A stretch of DNA of 63,982 bases, filler included, from Aduncisulcus paluster (Eukaryota): assembly GCA_024181965.1 (NCBI GenBank). It is 6 parts of 6 records of this genome, joined end to end, with 100 filler letters (N's around TTAATTAATTAA, not from the genome) between each part and the next. Parts side by side here need not be neighbours in the genome. Positions count along the whole stretch, not along the records: positions 39,414 to 53,607 come from BQXS01012639.1; positions 53,708 to 56,585 come from BQXS01012646.1; positions 56,686 to 62,281 come from BQXS01012648.1; 3 more parts are not named here. One strand, 5' to 3'. A program made the position numbers and the translations under genes. Each line of letters starts with the position of its first letter. Within the stretch, counting starts at the first letter, position 1. Shown in pieces: positions 47,118 to 60,500 of this stretch. The notes beneath the pieces were generated by a model. It searched no databases. It was not told the DNA's origin and saw only the letters and a list, made by a program, of their open reading frames with translations.

Positions 47118-47761
47118 TTATTTTCCCTCCTTTTCCTCCTTTTCCTCCTTTTCCTCCGCTTTTAGCTCTTTCTCAACGTCAGAAAAATAATATCTGCATT
47201 CAAAAGCATCTTCTCCATCCGCGTAATATTTCTCAGTCGTTTCATGCTTTTTAAAGCCCAATGTATCGATATAAAGATGTTTAGCAGCAACGTTAGAGAG
47301 ACGAACGTGCAGAGAACAATACTCAGCCTTGAAAACACGCCCCATTTCCCTAAGAGCTAATTTCATAAGTTTTGTGGCCAATCCTTGTCTTCTATGGGTT
47401 CTATTAACAGCAATTGATGTGATATGTCCATGTTTGATGGTTTTTTTGCCCTTTTTACCCTCAGTCTCCATCTTGGATAATACATATCCAACAATATGGC
47501 CCCTTTCAACAGCTACCCAAAGAAGAGGTTCCCATGATATTTGATGATAAATAAAATACATGAGCTGATAATTTTCGGGAAGGCTACTAAGATTACCTTC
47601 TTGAAGACCTATAAGATCTGATGGCTATAAAAAAGAAAACCGTCGAAATTAATTTTTAAATTATTTTGTAAAGTATTGAAATGGCAAATAAATAATGAGG
47701 AAAGGAGAAAAGGATTTGAAAAAAGAACGACACATACTGTGGCCCTTCTAATAGTAAGCAT
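47118..47761 (-). CDS. NAA10: N-alpha-acetyltransferase 10 (NatA catalytic subunit, ARD1); intron 47625-47737
   Basis: MLTIRRAT|PSDL...NLSSLPENYQ, VGYVLSKME, HGHITSIAV, SLHVRLSN, KYYADGEDA. Confidence 0.93.
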
Positions 47762-48138
47762 TATTATATATTTTTGAAATTAATATTATAATCGAAAAAT
47801 ATTAATGAAGGATATCAATAATGCAACCCCAAACATCAATCCATTTTCTATTTAATTGAATTTTAGTCCTATCCGTAATGTAAGTGTTTTTTAATGGTTG
47901 TACATCCTTTGAAATAATAATTTCATGCATAATATAATTTATCTCATTATATTTCATGAGATAAGAAAATCGAAATGTAACTCATGATCAAATAAGTATC
48001 ATACCAATATTTCAAATTCACTTTAAAAAGAATATTACATATAAGTATAATCATCTCCTCAATATGCATATTCTTATCACAGAAAAATGTTGCGAAATAA
48101 TTATCTGTTCTTGTCAACAATAAGAAGTAACACAAAGT

Positions 48139-50196
48139 ATGAAATTGAAAATTGAAAATATTGTTGGTATGACATTCTCAAAAGAGTATGGAACACGTTG
48201 CATTGCAACTAATCCAGTAGACAATACTATTCTTGCTCATACAGTTGGGAAACGGATAATCTTATCATCATTGGGTGAAGCATCGAGACAACAAGCACTC
48301 TCAGGCCAAGAAAATATTATATCTAGCATATGCTTCTCTCCTTGTGGTCAATATCTTGCAGCTGCTGAAGAACCCTTTTCCACTCAAGAATGCTACTTTA
48401 CGCTTTGGGACTATAAAAAACAGAGATTATTATTCCGGATTAAGTGTCATGATGGTGGAATTTCTGGCCTTGCATTCTCCCCCGATTCAAGGTTTCTTGC
48501 TACTACTGGTTTTTCTGATCAAGCCCTCTGTATATGGGAAGTTTCTAGTGGAGAGTTCATTGATGCTCATTCAAGCTCACGTAAACACTACATGTCATCC
48601 TTATGTTGGTCTCCAATCATGACTGGTCGGCACAACCGGTACACTTATAACTTATTCATCTGTGAAGGAAGCAGTCCTTGCCTTTGCACACTCCAATACG
48701 ATAGAAGCAGCTTAATACACCGTTTGAGTACCAAATACATGTCTCTGCCAAGTGCTGGTGTTGTTCGTCACTATACGTCGGCTACTTTCTCAAAGGATGG
48801 ATATGAGATCATCTGTGGAACAAGCAGTGGTGAAATAACAGTATTTAGTGTCGATAATGCAATTTTGAGACACATTCAAAAAATTGGTGGCAGTCCCGTG
48901 ACCTCTCTTATTCTTGAAGGAGGATGTCACCCTATCCCTTCCTCCTCTTCTTCCCCCCCACCTGCCCAACCCTCCTCTCCCTCTTCCTCTGTCATTGTAT
49001 GTGGCTGTTTCAGTGGTTATGTTACCTGCCTTGAAGGCAGGGACAAAGAGTGGGATGTCCGAGGTGAAGAATATATTGAGGGAAGTATTATATCTCTTGA
49101 CTCTCCTCATGATACCGACGAAGTCATCATTGCATGTGACAATGGACTCATCACGACTCGTGCCATCCCAACACTGTCCGATCCTTTTGCCCTCTGTGTC
49201 CATACAGTTAATACTATCACCTGTGCATGTGATGGTCTCATTGAAGACTCTAAGGCAGGCGATAGGAGTGTCGTGTTCATTGGAGAGAAGAGAGGATGCA
49301 TCAGAATGTGCATGGGCGGTGTGGTTGTGGCTACTATTGGTCGTGGTGCCCCGGCTAGTCGACGCTCTCGTCATGGTGCTAGTTCAGGAGTATCACACTC
49401 TACATCTGCGTCCTACCCTACTGCTGTTTCATTCTCCCCAATCACACATAATCTGTGGGTCGGTTATAATAATGGGACAATCGTGATATACAATACCAGC
49501 AAAGCCATCAAACATGTTATATCTTCTGGTTCTCTTGAACCCATTGATGATATTGTCTCCATCAATGTTATATTAAATATCCCAGACACGCATAAGGGAG
49601 CTGTGACTGCTCTTGCTGTGAGTGAATTTGGATGTATAAGTGGAGGTAGCGATGGAGTTGTCCGTGTATGGGGTGAAAGCAGGGGACAGTGTGTGTGCCA
49701 GTACGTTGTCCACTCCAAGACAGTCACAGCTGTTACGTGGGATGTCGTAGTGTCTTCAATGATTCATTCATCATCCGTGGATGGAACGCTATGTTCATAT
49801 GATATCAAAAACAATAGGGTTGTAAAGACAAGGAACAGGGGCAGTATGATTACTGATATGGCACAAGTTGATGGCGGTGAATGTGAAGTTGTGACCGTTG
49901 ATATGAAGGGAATTGTATCCATTTATGATTTTGATTGCGCCAGTGCTGTTGTTGAGAAATCCCTCCACGATTACGACATTCGTTCTGTAGCTATTTCCCC
50001 CTGCGCTTTATACGTCGCTGTCTTGTCCAGGTTCGGTAACCTTATAATGCTAAGCGTCGATACGGGGGATGTTTTGCAAGAAATTGATACGGGAAGTCCT
50101 GGGGCAGTTGGATTGGTCTGGACAAGAGAGAAAAACGAAAAATTGTGGTGTATTGGGGAACGTGAGGCCTGTGTTGTTTCTGTAGAACATGAATAA
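48139..50196 (+). CDS. WD40-repeat protein, CFAP52/WDR16-like
   Basis: 685 aa with multiple WD repeats (LAFSPDSRFLATTG, HKGAVTALAV...SGGSDGVVRVW). Confidence 0.75.
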   Translation: MKLKIENIVGMTFSKEYGTRCIATNPVDNTILAHTVGKRIILSSLGEASRQQALSGQENIISSICFSPCGQYLAAAEEPFSTQECYFTLWDYKKQRLLFRIKCHDGGISGLAFSPDSRFLATTGFSDQALCIWEVSSGEFIDAHSSSRKHYMSSLCWSPIMTGRHNRYTYNLFICEGSSPCLCTLQYDRSSLIHRLSTKYMSLPSAGVVRHYTSATFSKDGYEIICGTSSGEITVFSVDNAILRHIQKIGGSPVTSLILEGGCHPIPSSSSSPPPAQPSSPSSSVIVCGCFSGYVTCLEGRDKEWDVRGEEYIEGSIISLDSPHDTDEVIIACDNGLITTRAIPTLSDPFALCVHTVNTITCACDGLIEDSKAGDRSVVFIGEKRGCIRMCMGGVVVATIGRGAPASRRSRHGASSGVSHSTSASYPTAVSFSPITHNLWVGYNNGTIVIYNTSKAIKHVISSGSLEPIDDIVSINVILNIPDTHKGAVTALAVSEFGCISGGSDGVVRVWGESRGQCVCQYVVHSKTVTAVTWDVVVSSMIHSSSVDGTLCSYDIKNNRVVKTRNRGSMITDMAQVDGGECEVVTVDMKGIVSIYDFDCASAVVEKSLHDYDIRSVAISPCALYVAVLSRFGNLIMLSVDTGDVLQEIDTGSPGAVGLVWTREKNEKLWCIGEREACVVSVEHE

Positions 50197-50456
50197 ATTA
50201 TTTCTTAAAATTGTCAAAATATTTGGAAGTCTTTATCAGATTCAGGCTTGTAAAAATAGCCTTTTTATTGTAATTTCCAATATTTATAGACTATTTTATC
50301 TTTGACCCGATTCAGCGGTGCAGAATTGTGAATCCTCAATAAAAATGCTCACAATTCTCACTTTTGATAGAATACTCTATTATTTAAAAGCCAAAATTTC
50401 AGATATTTATAATTTTAAATTATTTTAATTATATTTTAGAACATTATTCGATATAA

Positions 50457-53400
50457 ATGGCTGATAGTGAAATAGATATTGAACAAATTCAACCGGAATC
50501 TATTCATACCTTAGTAACGACACTTCAGTGTACTTTTTGTCTATGCTTGTCATATCCTGATCGTATGTATTGATTATTATGATATATATCCCCTTATTTT
50601 ATACAATAACCCAAACAATTTTTTTTATGGGATACTTTGAATTTTATTTGAACTTTTAAGCAATTCGACTTTCTTGTGGGCATGTATTTCATCAACATTG
50701 CGTTGAAAAATGGGTTCGTCAACATCACTCATGTCCAATGTGTAAAGCCCATGTTAAGTTGAATTTTGGTTATTCTGTTGATAGATTATGTCTCAGAATA
50801 CTTTCCATGTGTGATATTCAATGTGGTTCATGCTCATTTTCCGGGACTGTTTCGGAATACTGTCATCACGTCTCAACTGTCCACAAGAAACCACTTTTTC
50901 GGCATCAAATTGCTCCAGTGGAGGATTTAATCGAAGAAAAAAGTGTTGATGATGCTTGTTTTGGTACGAAGCGACCAAGAGGGCTCCGTATAACTCCTGC
51001 TGATTTCGCCAGGAGAGGACTGATTATGCGAATCGAAGATGATGATTTACATAGACGTGCAGAAGGAATTCCAGCACCAAGGATGAGAATTGTACATGGC
51101 CCAGTTCATGATGATGTTTTTGCAATTCCCTCACCTTTTCCAGAGCATCCAAGCCATCAACACCGTCAATATAATGGGTTAGGAAGAAATGTTAGAAGGA
51201 TTTCTAATGCAAGAATTGGAGGGAGAGGAAGAGGGAGAGGAAGAGGGAGAGGTGGTGGTGGAGGAAGAACACCTGAGGTAGTTAGGGTTCATGTTCATCG
51301 AGGAACAGATGGGAGGCTTGTTGGACAAATTCCGCAAAGATCTTCATTATCTCCATCCGATAGAATAGCCATTCGTGCAATGGAAGACCGTGAAAGTAAG
51401 AAGGATAAGGATATGGATGATTTCTTGAAGAATATTCAACTTGCAAGCACACCACAAGCTGAGGCAGAAGAGGAGAGAAACTCAAGAGAATCCAGGGAAG
51501 ATTCCAATGAGAGTGAAAAAGAGTTAGAAAGATCTCCCCTTTTCTCTCCCCCAGATGGTGGGATTTCTTTGTTTAATCCAGATGGACAAGGTTCACCAAT
51601 TCCTATTCAACCTTTGCCTTATTTCATGGATTCCAATTCTAGTCCGGGTGATCCTTTTGATATTTTCAGCCCCCCAACAAAAAAAATAACGAGTGCATCT
51701 TCTGGTCATATCGCTACCGTTTCCTCGTCTTCACCTTCAATATCGTCCTCGAATCCTATTCTATCTCCATCAAATCTGGATATTTCTCCCCTTTCAGGAA
51801 GTAGAGTTGGACAAATTCCGCAAAGATCTTCATTATCTCCATCCGATAGAATAGCCATTCGTGCAATGGAAGACCGTGAAAGTAAGAAGGATAAGGATAT
51901 GGATGATTTCTTGAAGAATATTCAACTTGCAAGCACACCACAAGCTGAGGCAGAAGAGGAGAGAAACTCAAGAGAATCCAGGGAAGATTCCAATGAGAGT
52001 GAAAAAGAGTTAGAAAGATCTCCCCTTTTCTCTCCCCCAGATGGTGGGATTTCTTTGTTTAATCCAGATGGACAAGGTTCACCAATTCCTATTCAACCTT
52101 TGCCTTATTTCATGGATTCCAATTCTAGTCCGGGTGATCCTTTTGATATTTTCAGCCCCCCAACAAAAAAAATAACGAGTGCATCTTCTGGTCATATCGC
52201 TACCGTTTCCTCGTCTTCACCTTCAATATCGTCCTCGAATCCTATTCTATCTCCATCAAATCTGGATATTTCTCCCCTTTCAGGAAGTAGAAGAGGAAGA
52301 CTTAGACTTAGGTCTGATCATCATCCAATGAAAAGCGAGGATGATGATGAATCTTCCTCGTCCTCATCTGGGATTTTCAGAGAAAGACAAGCTTCACGTT
52401 TATCGGAATATGACTTTGTAAGTAGTCGTATTGTTGGAGATATTCGTAGTTTTCGGGAAATGAAGCGTTCCCAATCCCCGTCTACAATTGCTCGAAAATT
52501 TCTTTCTCTTATGCTAGCTCGCAGGCATGAAGAGCAAGAAACCATCAAACATATTAAAGCTCATTTCGCAACTTCTGACCAAACGGATACATCAGATGCT
52601 GCTTTTATGGATGATTTGACGCTGAGAATGGGATCTCATATGAGTTTAACAAGGAAATACAATGAGTTGCAGAAAGAAATGAAAGAAAAAATGAGTGCAT
52701 CTGCCGCAAGAGACGTTACTCGTGAAAACAAAATTGAGAAGCTGTCACGACAGGTTGGAGACCTTGAGAAGACCATTTCAAGGGAAAAAGAAACGATTGA
52801 TGGAATGAATGATATGTTAAAGAAGAAAGACGACAGATTTATACGATTACGACAAAAATATGACATGTCAAAGAAAAATGAAGAAGAGTTACGCAAGAAA
52901 ATTGCAGAATTGGAATTTAGAAACAAACAAATGCAGAAAGATTTACGAGAGGAATCTGGATCTCAATTTTTGCCACAAGAGGGAATTGATCCTCCAATAT
53001 CTTTATCTTCCTCATATTCTCAATCAACTTCCTCATCGGCATCATCAGGGGCTCCTTCTTCTCATTCTATTCTTGGAACAAATTCAGCATTATTCCCAAT
53101 CATTATTTCTCAGCCGTCTATTTCTGGATCTTCATCCAGCAAAGATGAAGAAGAGGAAGAGGAAGATCCATCGAAGCATTTCTCTCGAGATAAGAAGAGA
53201 AGGAAAGACGAAGAAGAAGAAGATGAAATTGAAGAGGAAGATGAGGAGAGACAAGAGAAGGAGAGAAAAGAGAAGGAAAGAAAAGAAAGGAAAAGAGAAA
53301 AACACCGTGAAAGAAGAAGAAGAGAAAGAAGGAGAGAAAAAGAACTTGAGGATGAAAAAGAGAAAGAAAAGCAACCTCCTAGATCGATGGATAGTGAATC

Positions 53401-53607
53401 ATCAATTCTGACATCTGAACAAAGTGCCACAAAGTCAAAGAGTTGTGAATTATCTCGCGAGAAGGATGATAAAGAGGAAGATGAAAGGGATCGAGATAGT
53501 CATATTCATGTTCCAAACGACATTGTATCTCATGATATTCCTCAGGTGTCTGGGTCATCTCCTGCGATCAAAGCACCGATCCTTGTGTATGGTGAAAGAA
53601 TTGACAG
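50457..53607 (+). CDS. RING-H2 zinc-finger protein with a C2H2-like finger and long disordered/coiled-coil tail; intron 50563-50660; 3'-truncated
   Basis: Splicing GTATGT...TAAG gives CTFC...PDPIRLSCGHVFHQHCVEKW...CPMC, then CGSC...HVSTVH. Confidence 0.85.
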
Positions 53608-53707
53608 NNNNNNNNNNNNNNNNNNNNNNNNNNNNNNNNNNNNNNNNNNNNTTAATTAATTAANNNNNNNNNNNNNNNNNNNNNNNNNNNNNNNNNNNNN
53701 NNNNNNN

Positions 53708-55111
53708 GACTTGTGCAGTATGCGTAAGAGTGTTGCGAGGATCGAACAAAGTCCAACTGAAATGAAGTGTATTGCCGAGAATATGGAAAAGATGAAAGTG
53801 TACGTGAGGATTAACACAGCCAAGATGGTTGTGATCAAGAATGATATTGCAAGTCTGACCAAGAAACTTGATAAGATTCAACGAGATCAGAAAGAAAAGG
53901 AGCAAGACCTAGAACAACATGACCAAGGAAGCCAATCTCTCTCTTCACCATCCACTTCTTCCCAATTCTCCATTTCACTCCCTTCACTTCCTGGCGAGGA
54001 TCCTGATGATACAGATGATGCCGAGTCGATTACACTTGCAATCTCAGATCTCAAGGCAAAACATAAACAATACAAAGATGCCATCTCACAAGTTCGTGCC
54101 CATATGAATGAACAATGTCATCGTTCTTTTGAACTCCATCAACATGCATCCTTCTTGAGTTCCTTGGGGTTCTCTATCCCCCCTGTTCTGAATATGAACA
54201 ATGTATTGAATGATGATTTTACGACTACTTCTTCCATTCCTTTCCTCTTCACTATTGGTATGAATCTTGAACTATTCCATGATATTCACCAACTGACAAG
54301 TTCTGACGTAAGTGGATCTAATCAATTCATTCAAGGTAGATTTAAGAATGAAGGCAATATCTTCACAGCTCGTTGGGAACAATCTCAGGTTGCTGGAGAA
54401 CACTCTGAGTTGCGTGTTATTCTAAAGTTCTTCCAAATTGACACCAGTTCTTCTGCATCTTTCAGATATCTTGTTCGATCTGCCATCACCAGTCGTAGAT
54501 GTGGAGACTGTCCATACATTGTTCCTTTGTTGGGTGCATTCACAGATTCTCATCCCTTCAATCCAAAGAAAGAAGGCGCATATCTGCTGTTCCCATTCTA
54601 TGAACAAGGTGACCTGTGCAAGTGGATATCTTCATCTTCTACTCCTCGTTCCTTGCAAGACATCACCAAGATCTTGAAGTGCATTCTTCAAGGTCTTTCA
54701 TATCTGCATTCCCAGGATATTGTGCATTGTGATCTGAAGCTTCAGAATGTTATTGTTGACTCGTTTGGAAATGGTCTTCTGTGTGACTTCGAGGGTGCTG
54801 TCGATTGTAGTGAACGTACAATGCGAGTCATGAGTCAAACGATACGAATCGCGACAAATCAGTTCATTGCACCAGAGATTATCCGTGATGTGAACAATCA
54901 TAGAAGACCACATCCAACTCCTACATGTGACATGTTCTCATTCGGTGTGTTGATTCAGGAAGTATTCCGACTCTGGGAACAATCAGATTCTGAGTCATTC
55001 ATCCCCATGCCCGATGAGTTGTCTATGATTGTGTCTGCATGTACAATAGGAGACACTCCTCAAAGACGACCCACAGCCATCCAGTTGCTTGCGAACAAGT
55101 ATTTCTTGTGA
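53708..55111 (+). CDS. Ser/Thr protein kinase with N-terminal coiled coil (5'-truncated)
   Basis: VILK, HCDLKLQN, CDFEG, FIAPE, DMFSFG, RPTA subdomains. Confidence 0.85.
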   Translation, partial: DLCSMRKSVARIEQSPTEMKCIAENMEKMKVYVRINTAKMVVIKNDIASLTKKLDKIQRDQKEKEQDLEQHDQGSQSLSSPSTSSQFSISLPSLPGEDPDDTDDAESITLAISDLKAKHKQYKDAISQVRAHMNEQCHRSFELHQHASFLSSLGFSIPPVLNMNNVLNDDFTTTSSIPFLFTIGMNLELFHDIHQLTSSDVSGSNQFIQGRFKNEGNIFTARWEQSQVAGEHSELRVILKFFQIDTSSSASFRYLVRSAITSRRCGDCPYIVPLLGAFTDSHPFNPKKEGAYLLFPFYEQGDLCKWISSSSTPRSLQDITKILKCILQGLSYLHSQDIVHCDLKLQNVIVDSFGNGLLCDFEGAVDCSERTMRVMSQTIRIATNQFIAPEIIRDVNNHRRPHPTPTCDMFSFGVLIQEVFRLWEQSDSESFIPMPDELSMIVSACTIGDTPQRRPTAIQLLANKYFL

Positions 55112-55257
55112 AGGTAATGCTTATAGATCTCGAATATGCGACCCACAGCCATCCAGTTGCTTGCGAACAAGTATTTCTTGTGAAGGTAATGCTTATAGAT
55201 CTCGAATATGCGACCCACAGCCATCCAATTGCTTGCGAACAGGTATTTCTTGTGAAG
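55067..55257 (+). repeat. 72-bp tandem repeat, about 2.6 copies, spanning the kinase stop codon
   Basis: Units start at 55067, 55139 and 55211; the third copy has two substitutions. Confidence 0.9.
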
Positions 55258-56075
55258 CTAAAGTCATGGTCATCATGACTTCGAGGGTACTATGCACAAA
55301 ATCAGATCTGCAACAACCTTCGCTCAAATATTCATTGTGATTCTGTGTAGAATCTACCAAACTCCGCTAGGAGAAAAAATAAAGCTTCAGAATCTACACT
55401 GTAGATTCTCAATAAAAAAGTGTTTTCATTTCATCTTCAGATTCATCTCGAACATGACGATTGAAAACTGCGTGACAACAATTAAACATCAATTTTTCTC
55501 CTTTGAGAGAATAATCACCGTCCTATTGTACAAAAGAAGTCAATCCAATTTGACTCCCAGGAGGATTCATTGGATGTTTATCATAGAGATCGAAAAATGG
55601 ATTAATTATCATCCTCGACCGGAAATAAATTTTATTCTATGATTGGTTTTGCGAATTTCCCTTTCCAACATTTTCAAATCAATTATCAGGCTTAGACGAC
55701 GCTTTGAAGGATATTCTCCAATAAAACCAAATTCAAACAAATATTTTGTCTACTTGGATAGAGTTCTGAACAATCCCAAGCAAGATACTCACACAAGGTT
55801 GATTCTGTATTTTACTAAGAGACATTTATAATAAATTAAAAAGGCAAAGGGGGCTCTGAGAGAGCAATAATTTAAAAAGATAAAGTTGAGAAAAGAGTTA
55901 CTTTGGAAGTGATTTGGACGATAATGGAATCTATTCAATAAGATTGATTGAAGATGAAGGACTTGTCAATAAATTAACGCGATGGGAATATATAGCATAT
56001 CAAGAAACATAATATATATATTGAAGAAATAAATTATAGGGAAAGATCCAAGTACGACACACAATACGAGCACAA

Positions 56076-56276
56076 TCACAATACGAAGAGAGTGACTCCA
56101 ACAGCAAGGGCAATAAGAATGATGGAGACGATTATCCAGAAGATAGGGGATTTCATATCAAAGAATTTAGTCACTTTCTTCTCAGTAGGGACTTCTTTCT
56201 TGTCGTCCTTAGAATCGACGGGTTTAGCATCAATAGCTTTAGTTTTACCACTGCAAGATGAAAAGGCGTTTCCCAT
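56076..56276 (-). CDS. 66-aa putatively acylated tail-anchored microprotein
   Basis: MGNAFSSC N-terminus, charged linker, C-terminal hydrophobic helix IFWIIVSIILIALAVGVTLFVL. Confidence 0.65.
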   Translation of the reverse strand: MGNAFSSCSGKTKAIDAKPVDSKDDKKEVPTEKKVTKFFDMKSPIFWIIVSIILIALAVGVTLFVL

Positions 56277-56719
56277 TTTAAGGTTGTTTTTTTTGTGCTG
56301 GTTATAGAGTTGCAAGGAAAAGAAAGAGTTGACGATTCAAAATCGATCAGATTGATTTTCTGTTCGGATTGCAGATGATTGGTTTGAAATGATTGACACT
56401 GGCAGAGCAAGGGTTCAACCGAAATTTATCATCAGAATAGTACCATGAATGTATATTAATAAGACAACTTCCATCAAGATACTATTTTATGGCTTGCAAG
56501 GCGGTGTAAAATGATTTTGCCAAAATCGTTGGATTACAACAAGACAAAGATCGCTCACATTGGTGTTGATTGAGGTATCTCGACANNNNNNNNNNNNNNN
56601 NNNNNNNNNNNNNNNNNNNNNNNNNNNNNTTAATTAATTAANNNNNNNNNNNNNNNNNNNNNNNNNNNNNNNNNNNNNNNNNNNNTTCGCCAAGCATGCC
56701 AGTATGATGGATAGAATGC

Positions 56720-57239
56720 CCCACCATTCTTTCAGGAAACAATGAACCGAGTGTTAACTGGTTTAGTGAATATTATTTGTTGTGTTTATTTGGATGATAT
56801 TGTTGTTTTCGCCATGGATATGCCAACTTTAATGGTGAGATTGATTGCTGTCTTCATGAGACTCAACAGCCACAACATGAAAGTGAATCTTGAGAAAACC
56901 GTCATTGGTGCTCAAGAAGTGGAGTTTTTGGGTTTTATGATATCTGGTTTCGGAATCAGACGAAGTCCAAAGAAGTTGAAGGCTCTGAAGAGAATGAGTG
57001 TGTTGAAAAACAAGAAAGACGTAAGAAGCTTCCTTGGAATGGCGAGCTATCTTAGAAGTTATATACCAAAATATGCTGAGATTACTGAACCATTGAGAGT
57101 GTTGACATTGAGAACTGCAACATTCAAATGGACGATGCCAGAAAGAAAAGCTGTGAATAGAGTTATAAAAGAATTGAAAAAAGGTATTTGCCTTGAACAT
57201 GTTCGTGATAACGCCAATTTACATTTGTCTTCGGTCTGA
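56720..57239 (+). pseudogene. Ty3/gypsy reverse transcriptase fragment
   Basis: NAPTILSG/MNRVL, VYLDDIVVF, VEFLG, VRSFLGMASY. Confidence 0.85.
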
Positions 57240-57565
57240 ATCTACTTTTTTTCATGGTATTTCAATAATTGCATCAAAAATTCCAGATATAATAGCAGTA
57301 AATATTAATATTTGAATTTTATTATTTCACAAACGACTGAAATGACAGAAAGAAACTTAGAGTTTCAACCTTGTGCTCGGAAGGGCTACATACCAGTGAG
57401 TGGCCATTGGCGAGCTTCACGGCAGGATCTTCAGCCGAGCAAAATAGTCCTTGCCAAGCTGTTGTGGAATCAGTATATCATATACTACGATGATCGTAGA
57501 AACATTAAGATTGATCAAATAAACATAAATTAAACTAAAAACCATCCGATTAAATTTCACAGCAA

Positions 57566-60500
57566 TTAAATCTTGATGGTAGATACTTCAAATAATTCAT
57601 CAAAGTCTTTCCCCTCTGCCATATCCTTCAATTTCAGCATCAAATCATACTGAATTTCTTCAGAAATCACACTATCTTGTCTATATTTAGGGTGAGAAAC
57701 AATGAATTTCCTAATATATTGAGCTTCCGTCATCTTCTTCCCAGAACTCCGATGCTTCAAAATACTGACATAATAATTCAATTTCTGAATATCATCCTTA
57801 GACACAATGGAGAATGATTCTTGAATCTCAAATAAATATACATAAAATGTTTGTCTGAGCAATATAAGCTCAGAAATAGCCAAGGAATCGACATGGGATA
57901 AAAATAGATCTCTCGGAAGACATATTGAGTAATAACTATCAAAGAAACGACGAGTCAATTCCTTTCCTTTCTCTTTATCAGCACTTTTCATGCCAATTTC
58001 ATCCATAGATTCCATGATTCCCTTCAATCTCCCTGATGATTCAATCAGTTTGATCTTTTCACAAACATTCTCAATTTCATTCAGATACTCCCCCAGAATA
58101 TCCAATAATCCAATAGAATTGTCAGACCCATTCATAATTTCATTAACAGATAAATTGACAAATATTGATTTCGAATGTGAAGATGGACATTCCCCAGATA
58201 CCTTCGTTTGAAGCTCCCTTAATCTCTGTCTGAATGGATATAAATAGATCTGTTTCTCATAAGATCCAAATATATCCACATCCTTAAATCCCATAATCAT
58301 ATCTTTCTCATGGACACCCTTGAGATCTCCAAATCCTGTAATGTTCTTGTCATAATCAAGCAATATACTTCTCCTCCATGTAAAGAAACAAGAATTGACG
58401 GCATCCCTAACGTGAGCACATTGCATTCCCCTGTGTATGGAACTCATTGGCACATAAGCATTAATACCAGCGATTCGGACACAACGGGTGAATAAATTAA
58501 CAGCGGTAATCAAAGCAGCCGATGAAAGAGGATGAGTCTGGATGTCCATTACTCGAAATTCTACTCTCCATCCTGTTATGGCCTCACTGCTCGTGACCTG
58601 CTCGAATCCTCCAGTCTTAATAGTCTTCAGAACACATGGACACTCATCTTTTCCATCAGTGAAAAGAGCATGTGCAAGCTGTTTGGGGGGAGGTTTAAAA
58701 CGACACGTCTGCCAATTCGTACTTTGAATATTCTCAAAGTGATCAGTTCGATTCTGATCGTCCAAGAATATTGCACTCTCATAGACCACAAGGGGATCCC
58801 GAATGAACAAATGGGCAAGATGAAGAGAAAGAATAGGATCCAAGTTGGCTTTAAGAGTCCTTGCAAGCGTTCTGGCGTGGATAGGGACTTGAATATCATC
58901 GAATGTGGATTTATGGGCATAATGTGAAGACAAAAATGCACTGCATATTCCATATCTGCTCTGAGGAATTGTAGCAGGAATTGTAGCAGGAATTGTAGCA
59001 GGAATTGTAGCAGGAATTGTAGCAGGAATTGTAGCAGGAATTGTAGCAGGAATTGTAGCAGGAGCGGGATGAGCCTTAGATGATACCACCAGGTCTGCAC
59101 TCATTGAATGCGACTGGGTGGATGAAGATCTAATGGATGAAGCGGATGCAGATAGTCTGGAAGACAAATGAATGTCAGGAGATTCTGGCTCAGACGTAGC
59201 CTCCGATTGAGAAANNNNNNNNNNNNNNNNNNNNAAAAATGCACTGCATATTCCATATCTGCTCTGAGGAATTGTAGCAGGAATTGTAGCAGGAATTGTA
59301 GCAGGAATTGTAGCAGGAATTGTAGCAGGAATTGTAGCAGGAATTGTAGCAGGAATTGTAGCAGGAATTGTAGCAGGAGCGGGATGAGCCTTAGATGATA
59401 CCACCAGGTCTGCACTCATTGAATGCGACTGGGTGGATGAAGATCTAATGGATGAAGCGGATGCAGATAGTCTGGAAGACAAATGAATGTCAGGAGATTC
59501 TGGCTCAGACGTAGCCTCCGATTGAGAAAGACCTTTTCCGCAGCAACTTGTCTCACTCCCCTCTTCCCCGGTATGATCATCGATCGTTGTTCCTCCCCTC
59601 TCTTTCCTCTTCCTGTCGTCAACACTGCCACTAATTATACGGTATCTTGCATCCCAATCACTCAGATAGCCTCGGGAAAATGGATGGGCAGCAGACAGAG
59701 CAAGGAACATCGGAGTTATACACTGGAACTGATCATACAAATACCTTGAATGGGAGAGATTATAGGCCTGAAACGTTATCTGGATGCTACTCAGACCCAT
59801 TCCAAAGGCCATGGCATCAAGATAAACGAAATGCTTAGGATTCGGATGGGAGGAAGAAAGATGAGAAGATACAGGCTTTGTGGACTCCTTCTCCATCCGA
59901 GGTATAGATGTACACTCAACTTTTGGCTTCTTTTGTCTCGATTTCCCATACAAATCAACAATACACACCCCCTTGTCGGCTTCATAGAGACACTTGACAT
60001 TTCCTTTCTCTTCACATTGTGCAATACAAGCTTTTGTGGTTCTGTTATGAATGAACGAAGAGAACTTGGATGTTACGCAGTGAAATGGAGGCTCAGACGG
60101 AGGAGATTTGACACATTCTGTTCCCAAATCTTCACTCTCAGAGGAAGAAATGAGCGACATCCTTGAAGAAGATGTCACGTGATCGTCATTCCTTTCAGCA
60201 GATTCATCAGAACCCCTATCAACAAGGATCTTCTTCAAACCAAGAGCAAGATCACGTGTGGCGATGGGCTGAGCAATTCCATGGACAGGATCGCTACGTG
60301 TGGAACATGCAAACGATCTGTCAGGAGGGGATGCTGGACGTCTCGGCGAAGTAATACAGGAAGGAGCATGACGTTTGATCATGTGGTTGAGATAAGTCTT
60401 CAGCGAATCATCTTCCTTCTCCTCATCTTCACTGGAACTTGCCGTAATCGTATCATATTCTCCATCATACATATCGGCACCCCCAATAGAAACTTCAGAC

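Noticed and set aside
55067..55257. CRISPR-like repeat-spacer array
   Set aside because: Intervening segments are identical, the context is eukaryotic and there are no cas genes; it is a tandem repeat
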